From Simkaniaceae bacterium (GTDB lineage Bacteria; Chlamydiota; Chlamydiia; Chlamydiales; Simkaniaceae), in contig JBFWSA010000025.1 of assembly GCA_050248615.1 (NCBI GenBank), positions 1 through 31,848 on the forward strand: a DNA stretch of 31,848 nucleotides, written 5' to 3'. The position numbers and the translations under genes were made by a program. The notes beneath the pieces are model-generated. The model was not told the origin of the DNA, did not search any database, and saw only the letters and a list, made by a program, of their open reading frames with translations. Positions 1-10,009 of the stretch are shown one piece after another (within the stretch, counting starts at the first letter, position 1; every line of letters begins with the position of its first letter).

Positions 1-254
1 TGGGAGAGGCCGCGGTGACTCACAATTTTGGCGTACGAGCGAAAGGGGAGGGTGAATACTCCCCGACTCGAAAACAGTTTGATCTGATTGGCTAAATCCA
101 GATCGGGATTCATAAACAAGGTGCTATAAGCAAATACAGAGGCAAAGGTGATCAGCATCGCGCGTGAAGGATGGAAAAGATAGTCACTGCCTCCCAAAAG
201 AATCGGAAGTGCGATGAAGAGGTTAAAACGGACGTGACCCTTGTACATTGCCAT
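1..254 (-). CDS. DUF2227-family putative metal-binding membrane protein (3' end outside window)
   Basis: Manual translation from ATG at 254: MAMYKGHVRFNLFIALP...TLFMNPDLDL...YAKIVSHRGLS(H). The H..FN, PDLDL and HRGLSH motifs match DUF2227. Confidence 0.75.
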   Translation of the reverse strand, partial: MAMYKGHVRFNLFIALPILLGGSDYLFHPSRAMLITFASVFAYSTLFMNPDLDLANQIKLFSSRGVFTLPFRSYAKIVSHRGLS

Positions 255-273
255 GATGGAAAGGTATCACACC

Positions 274-900
274 TTATTGCAATAGTTCAATAATTTCCTG
301 ATCTTCTACTTGAGGGAAAATAGCATAGAACTGAGAGACCGCTTGAAAATCGTCTGTCGCATAGAGGCAGACGACGTGATCTGCAACTGCTTCGATCCGC
401 TTGAGAGTATCGGGAGGGGCAACAGGGACTGCGACAATCACTTCTTTTGCACCCTGAGATTTTGAAGAGCGGATGGCTGCGATCATGGTAGCTCCTGTAG
501 CGATCCCATCATCAACGAGAATCACGGTTTTCCCTTTAAGATCGGGACCTTTGCGATTTTTTCGGTAAAGGGCGAGCCTTTTTTCTGCGACCCTTTTTTC
601 AGAGTGGATCACTTGTTCAAGGTACTCTTTAGGGACATTGAGAGCATAGATCAGCTCTTCATTAAAGTACCCCTTACCCGTTTCTGTAATGGCCCCCACA
701 GCAAGCTCCGGATTGTTAGGAGCGCCCACCTTACGGACCATGATCAAATCAAAGGGAATATCAAGAGCTTTTCCCATTTCAGCAGCAATGACAACCCCTC
801 CCCGGGCTAGCCCCAGGATGATCACATGGGGTTGTTTTTGATACTTTCGAAAAGCTTGAGCGAGTTTTTGACCCGCTTCCTCGCGATTTTTATAGTACAT
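274..900 (-). CDS. Type I phosphoribosyltransferase family protein
   Basis: Motifs NREEAGQKLA, LGLARGGV, RKVGAP..PELAVGA and the PRPP-binding loop VILVDDGIATGATM. Start set at ATG 900 (MYYKNR) rather than 915. Confidence 0.9.
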   Translation of the reverse strand: MYYKNREEAGQKLAQAFRKYQKQPHVIILGLARGGVVIAAEMGKALDIPFDLIMVRKVGAPNNPELAVGAITETGKGYFNEELIYALNVPKEYLEQVIHSEKRVAEKRLALYRKNRKGPDLKGKTVILVDDGIATGATMIAAIRSSKSQGAKEVIVAVPVAPPDTLKRIEAVADHVVCLYATDDFQAVSQFYAIFPQVEDQEIIELLQ

Positions 901-1783
901 GGCTATGCCTTTCAATGGCGTCTGCTAAGTCAGTGGCTAGCTGAGGGTAGTGGAGCTCTAAATAACGGCGGAGATCATCTGTTGCCGCTGTAAAATCGTC
1001 CCGTGTGGGGACAGTAGGAAGGGTCAGATAAAACTCTCCCACGTCAATTTGAACAGCTTTCTCTTCAATAAGGCCTAAATTATGGGTGCAGTTCAGATCA
1101 TCATCTCCAATTCCCAAAGCTCTTCTCTCTGTAATGAGATCGAGAATCGAATGGATACAAGCACGGGCCCGCTCCTCTTGATGATCTTCCATCAAGGCGC
1201 TGAGTGTTTCTAAAATGGAATAAGCTCGTTTTTGCACTAAAAACTCCATGTTATCTAAATCGAGGGTGTGTTTCTTCCCAGAAGGCTCATGCAGATGAAT
1301 GGTTTTTTTTAGGTGATGTGTTTTGTTGAGATGAAGATAGAGAACCCCGGTTTGAAAAGGGAGGCGTTCATAGGCAATCTGGTAGCTAGTAAAGAGGCGA
1401 TTTCTGTGGTTTTGCCGCCGATTCACTGTTTCCTGGTAGAGCATCTTGAGGTGTTTGGCTAAGGGAAGATAATCTAGCGCAGATTGAGTGCGCATGTGTT
1501 TTTGTTTGAAGAATTTGATTACGTAAGTTCCCGATGTATTGACAAAGGCATAACACTCTTTTCCGCTCCCAATTAAGGTGAAGGGTTCTGATGCCAAGGC
1601 ATCCAAAAGGGCGCACTGCTCATCAGAGGGACTTCCGAAATCCCACCTTGGGGAGTAGGTATGTTCTGAGAGAATTTTTTTTACCGAAAATCCTTTTGTC
1701 CGCTTAATAAAATTGATGTAGGAGAAAACACAAACAAAGACAAAAGCAGAGAGAATAGCTGGAAGAAGAATCTTTTTTTTCAT
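890..1783 (-). CDS. N-terminally anchored hypothetical protein with protein-kinase-like motifs (paralogue 1)
   Basis: 297-aa ORF with hydrophobic N-terminus; IGSGKECYAF, VIKFFK, DDDLNCTHNLG, IDVG. Confidence 0.7.
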   Translation of the reverse strand: MKKKILLPAILSAFVFVCVFSYINFIKRTKGFSVKKILSEHTYSPRWDFGSPSDEQCALLDALASEPFTLIGSGKECYAFVNTSGTYVIKFFKQKHMRTQSALDYLPLAKHLKMLYQETVNRRQNHRNRLFTSYQIAYERLPFQTGVLYLHLNKTHHLKKTIHLHEPSGKKHTLDLDNMEFLVQKRAYSILETLSALMEDHQEERARACIHSILDLITERRALGIGDDDLNCTHNLGLIEEKAVQIDVGEFYLTLPTVPTRDDFTAATDDLRRYLELHYPQLATDLADAIERHSHVL

Positions 1784-2637
1784 TTTAACGTCTTTAAAGT
1801 CTCCTCTATGCGTTTTTGTACATCAGGTAAAAGGTGGGAGGCATTTTCCTGGATAAAGTCGCGGATTTGTAGGGAAATCTCTTGAGTCTCCTCCACTACG
1901 TCCCGAGGAGGCTGGTCTAGCTTGAACTCTCCAACATCCACCTCGAGGGCCTCTCCCTGGCTAAATCCAAAATTTTTATAAAACTGCAAGTCCTTATCGA
2001 AGATCCCTTTTTGATTACGTGTAGCGATTAAGCGGAGAAGGGATTCGACAGCATCGAGAAGTGCTTCCTTGTGATTGAGGAGAGAGTGGAAATGCTCAAA
2101 CGCAAGCGTTGCTTTTTTTTGGAGTAAAAACTCCATGTTGTCGAGAGGGATTTCTAAGACCTGTCCCTGCTGATCGACAAGAGAGAGCGTCGGAAGGAGT
2201 CCTTCCGTTTTATTGAGATGGAGAAAGATCACACCTGTTTCCTTTTGAAGGTGTTCGTAAGCAATTTTATAGCTTGTAAATGACTCTTCCCGCTCCTGTG
2301 CGCGGCGCTTGATACGCTCCATAGGATAAAACAGGCGTTTGGCCGGGAGGGGAAGATAGTCTACCAAAGATTGGGTCTGCATATGCTTTTGTTTGAAGAA
2401 TTTCAAAACATATTGCCCATCTTCACTTTTAAAAGCGTAGCAGTGGTTCCCACTTCCGAGATAGGTATAAGGCTGCATGAAATAGCTTTGAATGGCATCC
2501 CCTTCATTCGGCAAAGGGACATCCCATTTGGGATCATTGGGGTGTTTGGAAAGGATTTTTTTCAGAGTAAATCCTTGAGGGCGACTACACCCCCATGAGG
2601 CAAGCAGAAGGATGATCAGAACTAAATACCGTTTCAT
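1780..2637 (-). CDS. Putative lipoprotein with protein-kinase-like motifs (paralogue 2)
   Basis: 285 aa; signal peptide ending ASWG-C; LGSGNHCYAF, VLKFFK, DKDLQFYKNFG, VDVG. 4-nt stop/start overlap with paralogue 1. Confidence 0.7.
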   Translation of the reverse strand: MKRYLVLIILLLASWGCSRPQGFTLKKILSKHPNDPKWDVPLPNEGDAIQSYFMQPYTYLGSGNHCYAFKSEDGQYVLKFFKQKHMQTQSLVDYLPLPAKRLFYPMERIKRRAQEREESFTSYKIAYEHLQKETGVIFLHLNKTEGLLPTLSLVDQQGQVLEIPLDNMEFLLQKKATLAFEHFHSLLNHKEALLDAVESLLRLIATRNQKGIFDKDLQFYKNFGFSQGEALEVDVGEFKLDQPPRDVVEETQEISLQIRDFIQENASHLLPDVQKRIEETLKTLK

Positions 2638-2647
2638 GCGTCTATTT

Positions 2648-2682
2648 TATACTCAACCAACTTTTGAAGTTGTTTGAGTATA
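2648..2682. repeat. 35-bp palindromic intergenic repeat, copy 1
   Basis: tatactcaaccaacttt-t-gaagttgtttgagtata; abuts the stop codon at 2683; near-identical copies at 24517 and 25185. Confidence 0.9.
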
Positions 2683-4746
2683 CTAAAGGGGAGTCAAAGC
2701 GTCAATTGAAAGGAGGGCTTTAGTTTTGTGTTCTCGCATCACCTTTTCTAAGTGTTCTTTGAAGGTTTCCTCTTGTTCTTTTGGAGAAAGGAGGAATCCG
2801 AGAGCATGGAGGTCAAAGACCTTTAAATAGGTAGTGAGAAGCTCACTGGGGTTGGGAACAAAGGTATAAGAGAGCTCTTTTAACCTGTCAATAAGAGAGG
2901 GATCTGTGGAACAAACCATCAACAATGCATAATCCTCCTGGGTACGACTGACAATAAAACCCTCATCATAAAGAAAATCATGATCCAAGGCATTTAAAAG
3001 AAGGGAGAAATGTTCTTTTAGGACCTCTGGAGGAATCAGGCTTTGCATATAGGAGGGGGAGAGAGAATAAAAATAGTTTTCAATCAGAGGATCATGGACA
3101 GGGTCAGCTAAAAGATTTTTGAAGGCTGCTAAGGTTTCATACTGTTTAGAGATCATTCCCCCATTAAAATCATTGAGTTCATGGAGAGTATTTTTGAGGT
3201 ACTGAATGAGTTTTTGTCTCCCTTCCGCAATTTTTGCACTCCCTTTGACATGTATGTCAAACACATACGCCTCTTTGAGATGGCGTTTATTGAGTATTCC
3301 ACACACTTTGCGTTCCGACTTTCCCACCTGTATTTGAGCTGTGTTGGGGAGAGTTAAGTGGGGAGCATCCGATTTTTGAATGCGCGTGATGATCACAGAA
3401 AAAAGGAGATCTTTTTCCCATTGATTATGGAATTGGATAATGACCTGAGGGGGATCGTTAGGGTTTTTGAGTTCTTTGGAGAGGGTTAAGATGTTTCGCA
3501 TCGTCTCCTCATCACTATAATGAGAGGGAAGAGGTGCGGGAGTTCTTTGGATGCACTCTTTAATTTTTTTGGGTATTTTCTTCTTCAGGCATTTCACTGC
3601 ATCCGCTGTAAAAGGACTCTTATCGTCATTTTGAATCTCTAAATAGAGAATACGGACACGCTCTTTCCCTTGTTTTTTTGTGATCAAGCTCTCTTCCACT
3701 AAAACGATGTGAGGAAGTTCTTCTTGGATAGCCTTAAACACGTGGTGTTCTTCTAGAATTTCACGGTCATCCATGAGGTTGATCCCAATGAGGAAAGCCA
3801 AAGTAGGGACAACACTATTTTCCCTCTTAAGCTCAGTTTTTAGAAGCTTAAAACTCGTGTGGCGCTCCTGGGGCCTCGTGAAGATGGTATGGGTGATGAT
3901 TTTGCGAAAGAGATAGAGATAGGAAAGGAGCTTGTTGAGGTGAAGGAGGGGACGTCTCTTTGCAAAAGAGGGATCAAAAATCATGAGATAATTTTGGATT
4001 TCATTAAAAATGGTAGAGTCAAATTCTTGGGGTTTTTCTTCAAGAAGAGGGAGGAGGTGGTCTGGAATTTTATGGGGATCTTTTTCTTGCAGAGCTTTTA
4101 GAAGAACATGGTGCGTTTCCTCAAAAATCGTATGGTGGAGTTCCTTATGAGGGCGCTTAATCAGCGAGGTGAGATTTTCTAAGAGAATCATCCCTTTTTC
4201 TTCCATTGAGAGTCCCTTTGTAAGAACCACCTTGCGGGCATGTTCGACCCCTAGCGTCGTTAAACGGATCTCTTCGGCAACTTTAGGATAATTTTCCTGG
4301 ATGATGTGGAGATCACGCGCTGTTTCTGCTTCAAAATAGAGCTCGGTGATAAAATAACGGCGATCGGGCTGAATCAGAAATTTAAAATTGAGCGAGCGCA
4401 TGACCGTAATGGGAAGGTGTTTTCCAGGAATGAGAAAACGGGCCACTCTATCACAGAAATAGCGCCCGACGCCATGAGAGTGATCTCCTAAGCAAAGAAG
4501 AGCAATCGAGAGGCTACAAGGAGCTTCATCTGCAGAAGAGATTTTTACAATCGGTAGAACGTCATGGAGTTTCTGAAAGGAGGCTTCAGTAGGGATAAAG
4601 TGAGAGGCTTCCTGAACTTCAAAAATGGACTCGGGGACAATATCTTTAACAAGATGCTCGATAGAGGCCACATAGGAGTCAAATCCTTGTTTGTTTCCTT
4701 GCGGAGGGGGAAAACTGGATTTGATTTTTAAAAGATCAATTTTCAT
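2683..4746 (-). CDS. Hypothetical cytoplasmic protein coupled to oppA (~687 aa)
   Basis: Long ORF; probable ATG at 4746 (MKIDLLK), overlapping the oppA stop; no obvious signal peptide or transmembrane segment. Confidence 0.75.
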   Translation of the reverse strand: MKIDLLKIKSSFPPPQGNKQGFDSYVASIEHLVKDIVPESIFEVQEASHFIPTEASFQKLHDVLPIVKISSADEAPCSLSIALLCLGDHSHGVGRYFCDRVARFLIPGKHLPITVMRSLNFKFLIQPDRRYFITELYFEAETARDLHIIQENYPKVAEEIRLTTLGVEHARKVVLTKGLSMEEKGMILLENLTSLIKRPHKELHHTIFEETHHVLLKALQEKDPHKIPDHLLPLLEEKPQEFDSTIFNEIQNYLMIFDPSFAKRRPLLHLNKLLSYLYLFRKIITHTIFTRPQERHTSFKLLKTELKRENSVVPTLAFLIGINLMDDREILEEHHVFKAIQEELPHIVLVEESLITKKQGKERVRILYLEIQNDDKSPFTADAVKCLKKKIPKKIKECIQRTPAPLPSHYSDEETMRNILTLSKELKNPNDPPQVIIQFHNQWEKDLLFSVIITRIQKSDAPHLTLPNTAQIQVGKSERKVCGILNKRHLKEAYVFDIHVKGSAKIAEGRQKLIQYLKNTLHELNDFNGGMISKQYETLAAFKNLLADPVHDPLIENYFYSLSPSYMQSLIPPEVLKEHFSLLLNALDHDFLYDEGFIVSRTQEDYALLMVCSTDPSLIDRLKELSYTFVPNPSELLTTYLKVFDLHALGFLLSPKEQEETFKEHLEKVMREHKTKALLSIDALTPL

Positions 4747-6313
4747 GAGTTCTCTCAGGGTGCAAGGTAACATGTGTCAAATGAATCGATCCGATGGGAG
4801 AAATATAGACCCCTTCCACGTACGGCTGCTGCAAAAAGATTTCCCTCCAGTGGTAAATAGGGGCTATGGGCATTTCTTCCATGAGGATCTCTTCCGCTTT
4901 TTCTAAGTGCTCTCTTCGTTTTTTTAATGTCGAAAGAGTCATAGAAGCATCGAGTATTTCAATATACTTAGAATTTTCCCATCCTGGATAGTTTTTTGCA
5001 TTAGATTTGAACTTAAAGCGGTCAAAAATATTCATAAGATCGGGATACTGAATGATCCAGAGTCCGTAACCCAATTGGTAATCGCGTTTGATCAGTTTGT
5101 CGAGATAGACTTTGAAGGTGTAGCCCTCTAACCTCACCCGAATGCCGAGGGTTTTGTGCCACTGCTCTTGCAAGGCTTGAACCACTTGGGTATGGGGGTC
5201 ATTGATCAAATAAACAAAGGGAATGTCTTCTAAGTCACTTTTGGTTAACCCGAGCTCTTCGAGCCCTTGCTGAAGATAGGCTTGAGCCTGGGAGAGATCC
5301 TTACGGGGAAAAAATCCGCGAACGACCTGTTCCTTTAAGAGAGGAGGGATCGGATCGAGGGCGACTTCTTCTTCCATTTGCGTGATGTGATGGACAATGG
5401 CTTCCCGATCCATCGCATAAGCAAATGCCTTCCGGATATTTGCATTACAAAAGGGAATCGTCGCTGTATTAAAAGTGCAAAAAGAGGTCGCCCCTAACGC
5501 TTTTGTTTGGAGCTTTCCCTCCCCTTTTAAACGGGGGAGTGCATCGAGAGGAATGGGGGAAAAACGAGAGCCTAAAAAATCGAGCTCCTTTTTCTGATAG
5601 AGATTCAGAGCGGTGGTTTCATCCTCAATAAAAGAGATCTGCACCCCCTCAAGATGGACGTTTTTTGCATCCCAATAAAAAGGGTTTTTTTCTAGTACCA
5701 TGAGATTGGAGGGGCGGTAGGCATCCATCTTAAAGGGACCGTTATTCACCCTTTCAGAAAAATCGCTGTCATGAGGGACGGGGAAAAAAGTGCAAAAAGC
5801 AATCAGCTCTAAAAAATACGGAGTGGGACATTCGAGTGTGACCTCCAGTGTTTTATCATTCAGAGCTTTTATGCCGATAGCATCGACACTGATGAATCCC
5901 TCCTTGGCTCCTCTTGCATTTTTAATCGGGTAGAAAAGTGCGGCGTCAGGAGCAGGGAAATCGGGAGCCAGGAGGGTTTTCCAGGCATATTCAAAATCCT
6001 TAGCGACTAAAGGTTTTCCATTAGACCAAAAAGACGAGCGCAAGTGAAAAGTATAAACTGTCTGATCGTCAGAAATCTCCACTTTTTTTGCAAGGGCCAG
6101 TTCACAGTTTGAAGCCGGGGTCATCCGGGTGAGCCCTTCAAAAAGCATAAACTTCACGGTGGTAGAAATCGGATCTCCCCCTTTACGAGGATCGAGCGTT
6201 GAGGGATCTTCAGGAAAATTGACACGCATCACATGGTGTCCTTTGATAGGAGAGGAAGAGTAGCATCCAAAAAACAGGATGCAGATTAGAACTAGGAATA
6301 TTCTTACTTTCAT
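4736..6313 (-). CDS. oppA: Oligopeptide ABC transporter substrate-binding lipoprotein (SBP family 5)
   Basis: Lipobox FFG-C; PSTLDP, LFEGL, YTFHLR...WSNG, NGPF, KNPFYW, IRKAFAYAMDRE, EEMPIAPIY. Confidence 0.92.
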   Translation of the reverse strand: MKVRIFLVLICILFFGCYSSSPIKGHHVMRVNFPEDPSTLDPRKGGDPISTTVKFMLFEGLTRMTPASNCELALAKKVEISDDQTVYTFHLRSSFWSNGKPLVAKDFEYAWKTLLAPDFPAPDAALFYPIKNARGAKEGFISVDAIGIKALNDKTLEVTLECPTPYFLELIAFCTFFPVPHDSDFSERVNNGPFKMDAYRPSNLMVLEKNPFYWDAKNVHLEGVQISFIEDETTALNLYQKKELDFLGSRFSPIPLDALPRLKGEGKLQTKALGATSFCTFNTATIPFCNANIRKAFAYAMDREAIVHHITQMEEEVALDPIPPLLKEQVVRGFFPRKDLSQAQAYLQQGLEELGLTKSDLEDIPFVYLINDPHTQVVQALQEQWHKTLGIRVRLEGYTFKVYLDKLIKRDYQLGYGLWIIQYPDLMNIFDRFKFKSNAKNYPGWENSKYIEILDASMTLSTLKKRREHLEKAEEILMEEMPIAPIYHWREIFLQQPYVEGVYISPIGSIHLTHVTLHPERTHEN

Positions 6314-6438
6314 CTTATTTCTCCGAAAGAACAGGCATAAACCAAAACGAGAATTATTTGCAAATGATTAAGATCGATTATATTTTTCTTAAAAATAGGA
6401 ATGGGAAGACATTCTCTATATAACGCATTCCTTTTTGA

Positions 6439-6471
6439 TGCTAAATTTTTTGATAGATTAAAAATTTAGCA
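6439..6471. promoter_or_regulatory. 12-9-12 inverted repeat between divergent oppA and tpsA; possible operator
   Basis: tgctaaattttt-N9-aaaaatttagca, perfect arms. Confidence 0.4.
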
Positions 6472-6517
6472 ACTGATTATTAATCAAACTGAAATAAAAA
6501 AAAATTTTGGAGATCAT

Positions 6518-9500
6518 GTGTTGAGATCTAAACTGTCCGGTATACTGCTTATTCCAATCTTTTTGTATGGCAAACCTATAGATCCAAAGGTAACTTCAGG
6601 AACAGCCACTTTTCAAACCCCCTCTAATACCTTGCTTGTTGTTAATTCAGGGGATCGAACCATTATTCAGTGGAATAGTTTTTCGATTCATGAGAACGAG
6701 CATGTTATTTTTAATCAACTTTCCTCTCATTCTTCTATCTTGAATCGCGTAACTTCATCAGAAGTCAGCAAAATTATGGGAAAACTGACTTCCAATGGAA
6801 AAGTGATTCTTATCAATCCTTTTGGGGTTCTTTTTGGAGAAAAGGCAAGCATAAACACCCATGCTTTCATTGCTTCCACACTAGATTTATTAGACGCTGA
6901 TTTTTTAAATGGAAAAGACCTCCTTTTTAAAGGGGAAAGCAATGCGGGGATAGTGAACCTTGGTGAGATAAAAGCTAGAGGAGGAGATATAACCTTAATT
7001 GGGCGTTATATAACCAACGAAGGAACTATTAAAGCTCCTGAAGGAGTAGCAACGCTAGCTGTTGGGAAAGAAATTCTATTAAAGCCTTCAGGTAAAAATC
7101 GTGTATTTATTTCTCCAAATGGTGAAGGGGATTTAGAAGAAGGAATCATTGATAAAGGAACTATCGAAGCTCTTCGGGTTCAGCTGATAGCTGATGGAAA
7201 TGCTTATAAGTTTGCAATTAAACATGAGGGAAAAATAGATGCCTTATCTACTCAAGAGTATCAAGGGGATATCTACTTAGTCTCTGAAGGAGGAAGTGTT
7301 GAGAGTAGGGGGCAGCTCCATGCTTCTGGAGGCCACGTCCGCATCCTTGGGGAAAATGTAGCTTTGATGGACCACGCATTCATTAATACTTCTTCTGCAG
7401 ACAAAGGGGGAACAGTATTAATCGGAGGGGCTTTTCAAGGGAATGATCCTGATATCTATAATGCGAGACAAACTATCATTGGAGAAAATGTAAAAATCCA
7501 AACAAGTGCTCTTGAGAATGGAAATGCAGGAGATGTGGTTGTATGGGCAGATGGTACCACTATTTTTCATGGAAACATTGAAGCAAAAGGGGGAGTCATC
7601 GGTGGAAATGGAGGGTTTGTAGAAGTTTCAGGAAAAACAGCTCTCGATTGGAAAGGATCTGCTGATCGAACAGCTCCTTTTGGAATCCCAGGGACTCTTT
7701 TGTTAGATCCAAGTGACGTTACCATTGTTGACAGCAGTGGTTCAACAACAGCGATGACACTCGGCCCTACAATCAGTCCAGCAGTCCCTTTTACCGGGTG
7801 TCAGTTACGAAATGAAGACCTTACGAATCAACTGACATTTGGACCTGTTGTTGTTACAACGAGCTCGGCTAATACTGAAAATGGTGATCTAATCATTAAG
7901 GCTGATATCGATGATTCACTTGCTACTCCTTATAACACCTCAAACTCATTGACACTCATTTCAAATAGAGACCTGGTGATTTATGGAAGCGTTCAAAATG
8001 AAGGTTCAGGAGCCATCATCTGCAGTGTAGGAAGAGATCTTGTTGTAGATGGATCCAATGCAGTTGGGTCTGGAAGTCGTTTAGGATCAAGATATGGAGA
8101 TGTTATCATCACTACAGGAGGAAGTGTCTTGATGTCAGGAGGGGGAGGAGTCGGTCGTTCTGCTCAGATTGGCTATATTGCCAATGAAATTAAAAGCAAT
8201 ATTTCTTTAGATATTGGTGGCAACTTATACATGCAGTGCGTCAATAACTACGCACTTATCGGCCACACCTATTTTGGAGATATCTTTCCCCCCCTAAATT
8301 TTACTGGTGATATTAATATCTCGAGAATTGGAGGTGAACTTGTGATGATTGCAGGAGGAGATTCAACTGCCTTCGCACAAATTGGACTCGTTCCTCATCA
8401 ATCATCAGGCCCAACATCTATGGGAACGACTGGAATAGGGAATATTACGATTTCAAATGTGGGGTCTAATATTCAGTTAACAGGTGGTCAAAAGGCGATT
8501 AATTGCTACACGCTGATTGGGCATGGAGGACGTCCAAGGTCATTTCCAGACTCTTTTCAAGGAGATATTCTTGTTAGGGGTTTTAGAGACCTAGTGATCA
8601 CTGGAGGACGGGGTGGAAATGTAGATAACTTTGCTGGAATTGGATATGGTCAAACTTTTCCAGTGACCGGAGGAACCCACACCTTCACTTCCAACTTCAT
8701 TGATGTTGGAGTTAGTGGAAGGTTAATTCTTCAAGCAGGACAAGAAGGAACTGGGAACCATGCTTATATCGGAGCCTATACAGGTTCAGCTACTACAGTT
8801 GGTCCCTCTTTTGTCAACCTTTCTATTGGGAGGATTAGTACCTCTTCGGGAAGCAACACTGCTTTACTTGGAGATGGCAATAACAATGCCGATTCAGACG
8901 CCATTATTGGGCTTTTAGGAAGAATAGGACCTGCTGCTACAAATGTGAATGTGACATCAGGAGATGCTTTGTTTTTAATAGCTGGTACTCCACCTGCTGG
9001 AACCTCTGATGCTGCGATACGAAATGCCATTAGAGCTACTGGAGGCTCTATTAATGTCACTGTCTCTAATGGAAGCGCTCTTCTCCGAGGAAGTAATCTA
9101 TTGGGAGGAGGAACAGCTGATATCACTTCCGCAGGAACTCTAGATGTTAATGTCCAAAATGGTAATCTCAATATTACGAGTCGAAATGATTCGGCATTTA
9201 TTACTACTTTCGGGGTTGGCAATGTCTTTGCTTCAAGAGATATTGTTATTACCGGTAATCCTCTAGTTCCTGTTCAGGCATATATTAAAGGAGGGAGTTA
9301 TCTCCGTGTTCAAGCTGGGGATACTATTGATCTTGTGGAGAATTCCTTAATTACAACTTCTCCTGGGATTCTTGAAGTGATTGCTGGAAATGACATCAAC
9401 ATGTCAGCACTTTCACAGATCATCAATGGAGGAGCTGGTGGAAATGATTTATTAAACATTGTTGTAGATAATGACTTTCCCACCTCACCAGGTATTGGGT

Positions 9501-10009
9501 TTGGAGCCTTGAATATGGAGCCAGGGGCAACTATATTTGGTGATGAAGTCCGTATTTTCACTGCAAGGCAGAATTTAAACAACATTTTGGGACTGATTAA
9601 TGGAACCCCTTTTACTCCAGGACCTCTTTATGCAGATCAAGCTCCAGAAAAATGGTTGACTTACTACTTCGATTCGTTTTTTCATACTGGATCTCCTTTT
9701 ACAATCTTTTATAAAGATGGGGTTGTTTCGGTAGCCAATGTACAAAGAAGTCAGGTTTTAATTAGTGAAGCCTTAACTGATTTACATCCTTATGATGAGT
9801 TTTTGGGTTGGTCATTGGAATTTCAAGAAGGATATGATGTCGAGAAATACAATTCTAAACATTTAGACGGAATTTCAAGTTTTCAAATTATTCCTGATCA
9901 GATGTATTATTTACGCATGAGGAAGCATTTCAATAGCATGCTCAGGGACAGCGATTTTATATTATTTCCTACTCCTCTTAAAACAACAACGCAACAGAAT
10001 GATTTATGA
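6518..10009 (+). CDS. TpsA-like exoprotein with filamentous haemagglutinin N-terminal (TPS) domain and beta-helical repeats
   Basis: Signal peptide; IIQWNSFSI, ILNRVT, GKLTSNGKVILINPFGVLFG, GGFVEVSGK, GTLLLDP; Gly-rich repeats; coupled to tpsB. Confidence 0.9.
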   Translation: MLRSKLSGILLIPIFLYGKPIDPKVTSGTATFQTPSNTLLVVNSGDRTIIQWNSFSIHENEHVIFNQLSSHSSILNRVTSSEVSKIMGKLTSNGKVILINPFGVLFGEKASINTHAFIASTLDLLDADFLNGKDLLFKGESNAGIVNLGEIKARGGDITLIGRYITNEGTIKAPEGVATLAVGKEILLKPSGKNRVFISPNGEGDLEEGIIDKGTIEALRVQLIADGNAYKFAIKHEGKIDALSTQEYQGDIYLVSEGGSVESRGQLHASGGHVRILGENVALMDHAFINTSSADKGGTVLIGGAFQGNDPDIYNARQTIIGENVKIQTSALENGNAGDVVVWADGTTIFHGNIEAKGGVIGGNGGFVEVSGKTALDWKGSADRTAPFGIPGTLLLDPSDVTIVDSSGSTTAMTLGPTISPAVPFTGCQLRNEDLTNQLTFGPVVVTTSSANTENGDLIIKADIDDSLATPYNTSNSLTLISNRDLVIYGSVQNEGSGAIICSVGRDLVVDGSNAVGSGSRLGSRYGDVIITTGGSVLMSGGGGVGRSAQIGYIANEIKSNISLDIGGNLYMQCVNNYALIGHTYFGDIFPPLNFTGDINISRIGGELVMIAGGDSTAFAQIGLVPHQSSGPTSMGTTGIGNITISNVGSNIQLTGGQKAINCYTLIGHGGRPRSFPDSFQGDILVRGFRDLVITGGRGGNVDNFAGIGYGQTFPVTGGTHTFTSNFIDVGVSGRLILQAGQEGTGNHAYIGAYTGSATTVGPSFVNLSIGRISTSSGSNTALLGDGNNNADSDAIIGLLGRIGPAATNVNVTSGDALFLIAGTPPAGTSDAAIRNAIRATGGSINVTVSNGSALLRGSNLLGGGTADITSAGTLDVNVQNGNLNITSRNDSAFITTFGVGNVFASRDIVITGNPLVPVQAYIKGGSYLRVQAGDTIDLVENSLITTSPGILEVIAGNDINMSALSQIINGGAGGNDLLNIVVDNDFPTSPGIGFGALNMEPGATIFGDEVRIFTARQNLNNILGLINGTPFTPGPLYADQAPEKWLTYYFDSFFHTGSPFTIFYKDGVVSVANVQRSQVLISEALTDLHPYDEFLGWSLEFQEGYDVEKYNSKHLDGISSFQIIPDQMYYLRMRKHFNSMLRDSDFILFPTPLKTTTQQNDL

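Noticed and set aside
6439..6471. CIRCE (HrcA) operator
   Set aside because: It has a 9-nt spacer and TTAGCA/TGCTAA, but the arms are in the opposite orientation and lack the CTC/GAG bases.
8776..9585. Antisense ORFs of 148 and 91 aa inside tpsA, and the other short overlapping ORFs in the track
   Set aside because: They are shadow frames of well-supported genes.
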